DNA of 64,000 nucleotides from Eledone cirrhosa (taxonomy: Eukaryota), in contig OZ024743.1 in assembly GCA_964016885.1 (NCBI GenBank), positions 249,488,001 through 249,552,000 on the forward strand, in the 5' to 3' direction. The notes beneath the pieces were generated by a model. That model saw only the letters and a list, made by a program, of their open reading frames with translations, did not search any database and was not told where the DNA came from. Each line of letters starts with the position of its first letter. Position 1 is the first letter of the stretch. The position numbers and the translations under genes were made by a program. Below, in pieces: positions 54,051 to 64,000 of this stretch.

Positions 54051-54717
54051 TCCCTACCCCGCATATATATTATATATATATACAATATATATATATATAT
54101 TATACAATATATATATATCATCATCTTCATCATTTTACGTCCGCTTTTCCCTGCTTGCACGGGTGGGACGGTAACTGAGTCTGGCTTGATTTCTACAGCT
54201 GGATGCCCTTCCTAACACCAACCACATTTACAGTGAGTGCTGGGTGCTTTTTTTCCGTGACACCCACACGACCACTTCGCAGGGGAATGATAGCAACCCC
54301 AATCCCTATCATCTCATTTCTACAGCTGTGTAAACTGGAGCAATGTGAAATAAAGTGTCTTGCTCAAGGAAACAACACAACACCCGATGTATGTATGTAT
54401 GTATATATGGAGGCACATGGCTTAGTGGTTAGAGCATTGGGCTTGCAATCGAAAGGTTGTGAGTTCAATTCTATATATATATCAATACTCATCTTTTTTC
54501 CATTTCTCCGAGGGTTCTTAACCCACTATCAGGCTAAATAATTTCTTTAATTTCTTTAGTCAAAATACGGTGATAGCTTACATTTCTAATAATATATATA
54601 TATATATATTAACAAAACTACACCTCCCTCTATTGTCAACAATATCTTTTGCATTTGTATTTATATTCTATATGCATACCTGCATATGTAGATTTATATA
54701 TATATATATATATATAT

Positions 54718-55353
54718 ATGAAAAACAAGGGAAGAGGAATACTGTGTGGTTGCACATGGGTTACATATTATAAAATTAGTCCCTCATCAGTGATTTGCCA
54801 ACCATCATTGGTATTTCATCGCATTAAAAATCATATACCTCAGGTTGGTGCGAGCAATAACTAAAATAAGCTATTGGGACAAGTGAATTGCGTAAAGCGA
54901 GTGAGACAAGTAAACAACAAGAAGGAAAAGCAAACCGAAGGTCGGAAAACAGCAAGCCACATGATTGTTATCCGGTCAGCATAAGCTGGGTGAATTTCAT
55001 GAGCGGTCAGAAAAGCAGACCGTACGCCGTGAATGAGGTGTGAGAAAGAAGGAACCCCACTACTAACGAACGGGAGGAAGTGAGAAGGGGAGAAACAGAG
55101 AGAACGGGGGAGCAGTAAAAGAGGAAGAGAGAAACAGATAATCGCAGTCTAGGTAAATATGTATGAAAAACAAGGGAAGAGGAATACTGCGTGGTTGCAC
55201 ATGGATTACATATTATAAAATTAGTCCCTCATCAGTGATTTGCCAACCATCATTGGTATTTCATCGCATTAAAAATCAGATACCTCAGGTTGGTGCGAGC
55301 AATAACTAAAATAAGCTATTGGGACAAGTGAATCGCGTAAAGCAAGTGAGACA
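54718..55353. repeat. Two direct repeats of about 190 bp (54718-54909, 55162-55353) around a purine-rich spacer; PLE pseudo-LTR/TRIM-like
   Basis: Near-identical duplicated blocks flanked by (TA)n. Confidence 0.8.
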
Positions 55354-55714
55354 AATATACATACATACATTTACGTATGTATATAGCTATGCATTTATAC
55401 ATTTGTATATATATACATGCATTTATATTTAAGTGTGTAAGGATATATATATATGCAAAAAAAAAAAAAAAAAAAAACACAGTAGTGTTGATCATATATT
55501 TTTTAATTTTTAAATTGTAATATATATATATATATATATATATACATTGATATTAAATAAATGGAAACTATATTTATAAAACCATATTTATTCTATTATA
55601 TATATTGCAAGGGTACCAAAATTTTGGTACGCTATCATCAGATAAAATACAAAATGTTTTATAAATATTTGACATAACCAAGGATAATATACCTTAACGA
55701 TTCAAGTTATCCCT

Positions 55715-55990
55715 GGAAGATGTACTTTAGTCGGACGAAACAAAAATTGAACTTTTTGGTCGAGATTCTGTGGCAAAAGTCTTGAGAAAGAAAGGTACTG
55801 AATATTCGCCGAAGAATACTATTCTAACTGTAAAATTTGGAGGTGGATCAATCATGGTCTGGGGTTGCTTTAGTGCCACAGGTGTAGGAAATATTGAAAT
55901 AATAGAAGGAAGAATGGGTGGCGCTTATTATAGAGGTATTTTGCAAAGGAATTTACATCAAAGTGCACATTCTCTCAGCTTAAAGCCAGG
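55715..55990 (+). mobile_element. Tc1-family transposase fragment abutting an RTE fragment (55995-56183 minus)
   Basis: SDETKIELFG...TVKFGGGSIMVWGCFSATGVG. Confidence 0.88.
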
Positions 55991-56181
55991 TTGGGCGGCT
56001 ATACCCGATGGACCGGTCGCCTTCCCTGTCTTCATATCTTTGATTGCCTTAGTTACTACACTGTTGCTGACTTGTACTGCCGGCCCCTCTATAGGGTCTA
56101 CTTGGGGTAGGGTCTCTTTTTCCCATGCATTCTCCTCATTTAGTAATCTTTCATAATGGCTCTTCCACGCAGCTTTCTTCT

Positions 56182-56265
<84 letters not shown>

Positions 56266-56470
56266 TGAGTGCGTGTGAAAGACCAAAGGTCATTAATGAA
56301 AGTCACTTTATTTTGCAACATACATAATATTTTTTATTGGAGAAGGTAAGATATCATTCTGCACTGTTTTGTTTGAAAATGTTATTTATTCATTATAAAA
56401 ATTAGCATTCTATATGTAAGTGAGCACCCTTCATCTGGCAACCAATATATTTAGACGTAGTCCGCCACTG

Positions 56471-56501
<31 letters not shown>

Positions 56502-57029
56502 CGTAAAATAAAACTGTCTTTATCCCATTGCAGAAACTAATTAGTTGGAGTGAAAATTTAAGTAAGTAAGTAAAAAAAATTTTTTAAATTTTTTTAAAAA
56601 AGATTTTCTTATTTTACGTCTTTTATATTATTGTTCTGCATCCTCCTGCATTGAACCACCTAGGTACTATGACATAACCTGTGTATTTGCTGGCATAGGC
56701 GTGCATCTGTGCGCTTATGTTAGTTGATATATTAAATTATCTATATTTATCTCCAAATCACTGATTTGTCGAGCAAACCTGCCAAAACCACTTCTAAAAA
56801 ATTTTTTTTGGGGGTGTTAGTAGGCGTCAGTCATCTTACCATCCCATTCCTTCTAACTAGCCTCTGTGCCACGTGATTGATTCTTTAGAATCGGCCATTT
56901 GACTAGAAGCAGTGAGAATTTCGGTACATTGAATTCAGTCCTCGCCAGCTGTTCTATCTACCGAATTATTATTATTTTTATATGAGCCGCCAGTGTCCGC
57001 GCATTGCCTGGAGACTTAGCTGAGAATAG

Positions 57030-57111
57030 ACTCCCTGATGACGCAATGAATTCTCGACAGTTAGATTACGTAACTGTCTTTATCCCATTGCAGAAACTAA
57101 TTAGTTGGAGT
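57030..57111 (+). ncRNA. Type I hammerhead ribozyme with extended helix II
   Basis: ACTCC-CTGATGA-cGCAATG..GACAGTTA gattacg TAACTGTC..CATTGCa-GAAA-CTAATTAG-TT-GGAGT. Confidence 0.85.
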
Positions 57112-57589
57112 GAAAATTTAAGTAAGTAAGTAAAAAATTTTTTTTAAATAAAAAAAAAAAATATTTTCTTATTTTACGTCTTTTATATTATTGTTCTGCA
57201 TCCTACTGCATTGAACCACCTAGGTACTATGACATAACCTGTGTATTTGCTGGCATAGGCGTGCATCTGTGCGCTTATGTTAGTTGATATATTAAATTAT
57301 CTATATTTATCTCCAAATCACTGATTTGTCGAGCAAACCTGCCAAAACCACTTCTAAAAAATTTTTTTTGGGGGTGTTAGTAGGCGTCAGTCATCTTACC
57401 ATCCCATTCCTTCTAACTAGCCTCTGTGTCACGTGATTGATTCTTTAGAATCGGCCATTTGACTAGAAGCAGTGAGAATTTCGGTACATTGAATTCAGTC
57501 CTCGCCAGCTGTTCTATCTACCGAATTATTATTATTTTTATATGAGCCGCCAGTGTCCGCGCATTGCCTGGAGACTTAGCTGAGAATAG

Positions 57590-57671
57590 ACTCCCTGATG
57601 ACGCAATGAATTCTCGACAGTTAGATTACGTAACTGTCTTTATCCCATTGCAGAAACTAATTAGTTGGAGT
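57590..57671 (+). ncRNA. Type I hammerhead ribozyme, second identical copy
   Basis: Same sequence 560 bp downstream. Confidence 0.85.
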
Positions 57672-57858
57672 GAAAATTTAAGTAAGTAAGTAAAAAAATT
57701 TTTAAAATTAAAAAAAAAAAGATTTTCTTATTTTACGTCTTTTATATTATTGTTCTGCATCCTCCTGCATTGAACCACCTAGGTACTATGACATAACCTG
57801 TGTATTTGCTGGCATAGGCGTGCATCTGTGCGCTTATGTTAGTTGATATATTAAATTA

Positions 57859-57895
<37 letters not shown>

Positions 57896-57949
57896 CGGCG
57901 ATGAATTAGTTTAGCGAGGTTTTTTATATGAAATCGTGTGTCGAAACAA

Positions 57950-59184
57950 ATATTGTTATACTTGGGGAGGGGCATATTTGTGTAATATTGCCAGAATTAA
58001 TAACAGAACACACTCACTGTTTGGTTGGTTTTCGCTTCTCGCTGTCTTTTATATCTGCGATCTAACTTAATCGGTCCTCAATGTTGCCATTGACTGACCG
58101 ACGGTCAAAAATAATACAGATACAATATAGACACAAACACATATATATAGTTTACATAATTTACATAAATCTTTCGTTGCACATCTGCAACATCGTCAGT
58201 GGTGTTATATTTTTTTCCTCCTGTTGTGTTGTATGTCTACGCCATTTTTTATTCAGTTTGTCTATATATTTATTTATTTACTTGCTTGTTTGTTTATTTT
58301 ATTTTGTCTTCTTTGCGCATGCGTTTGCGTGTGTGTATAGTGTTACGTTTGCTGTGTGACTAGTGCGTATAGTGTTGTGTCTGCTGGGTGACTAGTGTGT
58401 GTTTATGCGCTTGTGTATGAGGTATCACTGGGGGGAACTAAAAGGACGAAAAAACGGGTCAGTACTATACGAACATGCTAGACAACAACATGACGGTAAC
58501 ATAGACAACATAGAAATTAGAATAATATCTAAACATAGGAATGACCCAGCAGATAGGCAAATCAGAGAGGCCAGTGAAATAGAAATTAGAAGACCAAAGC
58601 TAAACAGAAAGAATGAGTGGAACAACAACAACACCCAAACAAACAACACTGACCTAAGAGAAGTATAAATAAGTAAATAAAATAAAATAAAATAAGATAA
58701 ATAAATACATACACAAGCACAATGTCAACAAGCACATAAACACACACTAGTCACCCAGCAGACACAACACTATACACACTAGTCACACAGCAAACGTAAC
58801 ACTATACACACACGCAAACGCATGCGCAAAGAAGACAAAATAAAATAAACAAACAAGCAAGTAAATAAATAAATATATAAACAGACTGAATAAAAAATGG
58901 CGTAGACATACAACACAACAGGAGGAAAAAAATATAACACCACTGACGATGTTGCAGATGTGCAACGAAAGATTTATGTAAATTATGTAAACTATATATA
59001 TGTGTTTGTGTCTATATTGTATCAGTATTATTTTTGACTGTCAGTCAGTCAATGGCAACACTGAGGACCGATTAAGTTAGATCGCAGATATAAAAGACAG
59101 CGAGAAGCGAAAACCAACCAAACAGTGAGTGTGTTCTGTTATTAATTCTGGCAATATTACACAAATATGACCCTCCCCAAGTAT

Positions 59185-59190
<6 letters not shown>
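57950..59190 (+). mobile_element. Penelope-like 3' end: GIY-YIG C-terminal fragment between inverted pseudo-LTRs of about 450 bp
   Basis: Arms at about 57950-58400 and 58741-59190 are near-perfect reverse complements; centre encodes SVLYEHARQQH...RQIREASEIEIRRPKLNRKNEW. Confidence 0.85.
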
Positions 59191-59246
<56 letters not shown>

Positions 59247-59500
59247 CCGATCATTGTAAGACATTCAAAAACATAAATATAGAAATAAAGTAAGCCCAAA
59301 TCATAGTAGATTCAAATTTCACAGAGAGAAAGAGAGTGAGAGAGAGATAGAAATAGAGAGAGAGTGAGAGGGGGAGAGAGACAGGGGAGGGGGAGAAATG
59401 AGGTGGAACAGAAATGAAACATGGATTACAGGTTAAAATATAGTCTAGATAGATGTGAAACAAAACGAAGACGTAATTTAGGGAACACCCAAATGATTTA

Positions 59501-59955
59501 GAAGTCGACTTTAAGTAGGAGCAATAACATTAAGAAAGACATGAACGACACCACAACACTTTGTTTTGAAAATTTTGAAAGTAGGTTTATGAGTATTAAT
59601 TTTCATAAGATTTTCGTAGTTGTCTCTCTGGCCTAGCGGTATGTTCTAGAAACGGGGGAGATCCTGACCTTGGGTTCAATCCTGGTCAAGCAGTACATTT
59701 AACCTTTTTCAGTTTTTATTTTACAACCAATAGAAAAAAACTGAAAAGGTTTACCAGGAACCCTACTCCCGTCCAGGATCGAACTTCAGACAAGGAACAC
59801 CACCGTCTATGATTCCTCCAACTAGGCCACTGCCAGAGCTACAAAAGTATAATGAAAATTGATAATTATAAACCTACTTTCAAAATCAAAGTTAAAATAA
59901 TGTGGTGTCGTTCATGGCTTTCCTAGCGCTATTAGTAATATTTAGGGTCGACTTG
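59501..59955. repeat. Old foldback element with a tRNA-like A/B-box unit in each arm
   Basis: AAGTCGAC...CATGAACGACACCACA...TTTGAAAGTAGGTTTAT is mirrored in the right arm. Confidence 0.75.
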
Positions 59956-60039
59956 TCAATCTTCTGGCCCTTTGATAACAACTTTATCCTTATTATTCCT
60001 ATGTGAATTAATTTAATTTGATTATTTTAGCAAACAAAT

Positions 60040-60096
<57 letters not shown>

Positions 60097-60696
60097 TTAA
60101 GTCGTTTGGAAGCCTCGACAATGCAAATGGGTAAATCTCCGGGTAACAAGGTCCGGTGGTGGAGAGAGAGATGTAAGTGGGTGTACGTTGAGATGCGTGG
60201 TGTGTATAAGATGTGTGAGATGTGTAGAATGAAGGGAAGAGTATAAAGGATAAAATAAAAATAACAACACAAGAGAGAGTTACCTTGGGAGAGATTTAAT
60301 AGTCCCTATATATTTCGGATTCACATCCATCAACTGGGGTTTTTTTCCGGGGTGGGGGGAAAAGGTTGTCTGTCGGACAAGTCCGGAACGCGTCCTTCGC
60401 TGTTTGTTGTTTTGAATATCTGAGGTATTCGGCAGAGCGCGCGTGCGCGTGAAATGGGGTCGGTCGTACAGAGGTCAGCGGCCGAATGAGGGAGTGGGAT
60501 GGCGCTAGCTGTCAGTCCATTCTCTGCCTGTTTGTTAAATGTTACTGTGTGTGTGTGTGCGTGTGTTGTTGATACTCTGTCTCATACCATATAGGTAATA
60601 CCATATGAGACCCATGTCGTAGATTGCTTACATCAAAGTCATTAGATTGCTTTGATCAACCAGCTTTGATTATATATATATATATATCCATATATA

Positions 60697-60871
60697 CAGT
60701 GACATTCCGTTATAACGAAATTCATGGAGTATTAAAAAAAATCGTTATAACGAAAAATCCTTTATAACAAGATCAACCTAACACATTGAGCGGGTGGCCA
60801 GGGATTGAAAAAAAATTTGTTATACTGAAAAAATTGTTATAATAGTATTCGTTATAACGGAATTTTACCTG
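60697..60871. mobile_element. pogo/Tigger-like MITE
   Basis: TA|CAG...ATTCCGTTATAACG and CGTTATAACGGAAT...CTG|TA; internal GTTATAAC repeats. Confidence 0.75.
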
Positions 60872-61581
60872 TATAAGCATTCTACAACATATTATATTAT
60901 ACTTCCAGCCGCGCTGATTTGAAATTCCTGTATAATGTTAGACTTTTCACTGTTTATGTTTCCTAAAATTAAATTTTGAGTATTGAATATTTGACTTTCT
61001 ATCACAAATCAGATTTTATTTGCTTGTATATGTGTATATATGCATGAACCTCGTTATGTATGTATGCACATATGCTAGAAACCGGTTGAGTTCTTCGTTT
61101 TGGCGCGAATTCCTTTGTTTGAATTCAACTACCAAAATCACAACAAAATTTCATTAGAGGCAGGGTGGGGGACTGCAGTGAACTGCTGGATAGCTTATCC
61201 TGTAATGAAGGCTAGCCCACACTGCACAGAACTATCGTATGATCTGGGCAATCTTGCTGAAGACGTGTAATAGCCCGATTACGTAAATATCTGCTGATTA
61301 TGCGGGATTTTCTGAACATTGCAAAAGTAATATCTGCATTTGTAAAGTTACATTACACAGAAACGATCGTCCAGGAAATGAGTTATTTATATCTATCTCT
61401 AACTAAGCACAGCCAACTGTCTACAGTAAACTAAATGTGTACACTCTGAACAGTTGAATGCAGCTACATTACTGCAATTCTCCTGATTCATTGAATGAGC
61501 AATACATTGGCCGGAGGACGCTGTATTTATACCAGCGATCTTTTGTTATATATATATATACTTTTGTTATATATATATACA

Positions 61582-61795
<214 letters not shown>

Positions 61796-61869
61796 ATAAT
61801 TTGAATGTATATGTATTTATGACAAAGTGCGTAGCTTGGAGATGAGAGAGTCACTCCAGGTAGAGCCGC

Positions 61870-62110
61870 TACTTCTGTGAATTGAAAGATCACAGCTCTG
61901 ATACTATGGGCGTGTGGTTAGAATGTCTCAGAATCGGTGAACAGATTTTACAGGCGAAACCAACATGTAGGAGACCCAGGGGTAGACCCCGAACAAGATG
62001 GTTGGATAGCATCCATGAGCTTGGCTGGTCACACTTGGGGACGGTTGCTTCTGACAGGACTTGCTGGAGGGAGTGTTTGAGGACTCTGCCCCCACGACCC
62101 TCTCAGGAAT
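61870..62110 (+). mobile_element. RTE-like LINE 3' terminal fragment
   Basis: RRPRGRPRTRWLDSI...ASDRTCWR. Confidence 0.7.
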
Positions 62111-63045
62111 ATGTCGATGAAATAAAGAAGAACTGTATTTATGTGAATATATGTCTGTAAGTGTGTATTTTTGTAAGTGTGTCTGTGTTTGCGCATTTAT
62201 ATTTATATACTCATACATATAAATGTATGCATATGCACATACACACATGCATATACACATACACGTGAGCGTGTTAAAAAAATCCTAGTAATTTACATTT
62301 TAAAAGGAAACCTGCTGCTCTGTATTCCCATCACACTTCATATGTATATGTGTGTGTGTGGAAAACATTCAACATATAGGCAATGCAACTTAAAAAATGG
62401 ACAAAAAACCTGTATTTTTCTCTATGTCCTTCAACATATACATAACGCAACAGTCTTCAAAAGATTTTCTCGGAAAAAAATGTATGTGTCTAACGAGCTT
62501 TGACTGAAAATGCGGCAATTTCAGTGCAAGTCTGTCATCATGGAAACGTTAACTGTCTTCAATAGTATGGTGGATAATTCTAATATGCGGCCCTCATCTA
62601 AATTTGGAATGTTAATGTGGCCCTTTCATGCAAAAAAGGTTGTGGAGCTTTGATGTAGTGAATTTGTGAAACAAAAACTAAACTCTTAAATGACACTTAA
62701 AACATTTTAAACATCAAAATATTAAAACTTCGTAAATATATTCTCCATTCATGAGAATTTCAAAACAGCGTCATAATGTGTTTATTAGCTGTATCGGCTT
62801 ATAAACAGGGTTTGGATTTTGTCCATTTCTCAGACATAAAATAGGGGTCAACTTACATTCGAGTATATACGGTAGGTCATATTTGCAATTACTACTACAT
62901 CAACCACTACTGCGACAGCTAATACTACTGCGGCTGCTGCTACTGCTACTACTGCTAGTAAACTCTTCTAATAGGACATTCACTAACACTTGAAACTAAA
63001 GTAATGTAAAGTTTGTACTGGTAGCCACAGCTAATCATTTCTTAC

Positions 63046-63122
63046 CTCTGGTTTTGTTGTCAGACAATCCTGCACAAACTGGGAGCTTTGAAAGACACAT
63101 GTATTAGTGCCATAACATCGAT
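63046..63122 (-). CDS. Isolated 77-bp Cys-rich coding exon of an unidentified gene
   Basis: Acceptor tttttcttcacactAG, donor GAG|GTAAGA; open frame xRCYGTNTCVFQSSQFVQDCLTTKPE. Confidence 0.55.
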
Positions 63123-63690
63123 CTAGTGTGAAGAAAAACAACTCCTTACTGGGAAAGCAAATCTTACAACTACAGATACTGACCATTACTCCAATACCTC
63201 TATCTCTAAAACATTTACTTTATAGGGTCAAAGCCCATCTACACAGGTGAAAAAACTATATATTATCGTCTGTTTCAAGTTCCAGCAGAGAGCAGGGGAA
63301 GCACTATCCTGATGACAACCAAAGCCAGAAATGTGCATCGACATGCTTTTGCTGGAATCCGCTAGACAGTGTTAGCCATCGACCTTTCAATATTCATTGC
63401 TAGAAGGCTTTCCAAATGTTTATTTAATAAACATACTGTATATCTTTAGATATATGAAATTCACATACTTAAGTAATTTATATTTTCAACACACAAAATT
63501 TCACAATGTCATGAAAGGCTATTGGCATTATATAAAAATAATTGAGCAGTAACTAATAAAAACAAAGCACATAATCAAAGAACAGAAAAGAAAAAAAAAA
63601 AAGAAAATGGAAAGGAGAAAAAGAAAGAAGGATCAAGCAACGAATAAAGGGAGAGAGGGGCAGTCACTATACTCCAGTCGGAGTGCTGCC

Positions 63691-64000
63691 TCAACCGCAC
63701 CACATGGACAAAATGACAAAAGTGTTACTGTGGAGAATGGTTAGAAACACTTGCTGTAATAGCCAACCCACCTCATGGGGCTTCCTCCTGAAGTGGACTG
63801 CTGTCTTATGGAGAAAATCAGCAGTGTAGAAACCAAAGATGCCAGAGGTCTCGGCAGAGATCGATACAAAGAGGAAGCTGTCGGTCAGGCCCTGGTATTT
63901 GACTGCCTTTGTCTCCTTTGCATTGTGGACAATGGAGCCCAGGTTTGTGGCCAAAGTGACAAGGCTGGAGTCAGAAAACGAGTCGCTGCACATCGCCTCC
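63691..64000 (-). mobile_element. RLE-type (CRE-like) non-LTR retrotransposon C-terminal endonuclease, degraded
   Basis: Resembles the C.D...AE..K..KY..L...F.....ET.G..G...L.Q...I...N pattern: AKETKAVKYQGL..FLFVSISAETSGIFG. Confidence 0.65.

Larger units (their letters stand above)
56497..57862 (+). repeat. 560-bp tandem array (about 2.4 units) with hammerhead ribozymes at the unit junctions; candidate retrozyme
   Basis: Units at 56512, 57072 and 57632, nearly identical; short inverted copy of internal sequence at 56497-56512; (TA)n on both sides. Confidence 0.9.

Noticed and set aside
54718-55353. Hammerhead in the 190-bp direct repeats (CTGATGA on the minus strand at about 54785 and 55229)
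   Set aside because: No correctly placed GAAA/UH with a paired helix II could be drawn; kept only as a repeat

Overview
AT-rich, intron-containing, repeat-saturated animal genomic DNA. A coleoid cephalopod such as an octopus is inferred from the tandem TGEKP C2H2 zinc-finger gene, the abundant RTE LINEs and tRNA SINEs, and the (TA)n/(CA)n tracts. Host genes are sparse: a disrupted C2H2-ZNF exon (minus, about 0.96-2.77 kb), three disrupted 3' exons of an SLC22-like transporter (minus, 39.96-43.53 kb) and one clean Cys-rich exon (63.05-63.12 kb). The rest consists of a young, internally deleted Ty3/Gypsy LTR element with a TSD, Tc1/mariner and Helitron derivatives, RTE/CR1/CRE LINE pieces, two SINE families and an 11.5-kb satellite/low-complexity block. 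The strongest signal missed by the ORF track is RNA structure. At least seven sequence-unrelated repeat families carry hammerhead-ribozyme (HHR) cores, most in Penelope-like (PLE) tandem or inverted arrangements. One is a near-perfect 560-bp tandem array whose junctions form complete hammerheads with an extended helix II, a candidate retrozyme/circular-RNA-producing element. Also notable are a MITE carrying a perfect histone-mRNA-type stem-loop and a foldback element with two convergent Pol III promoters. All calls come from reading the sequence by eye; no searches were run.
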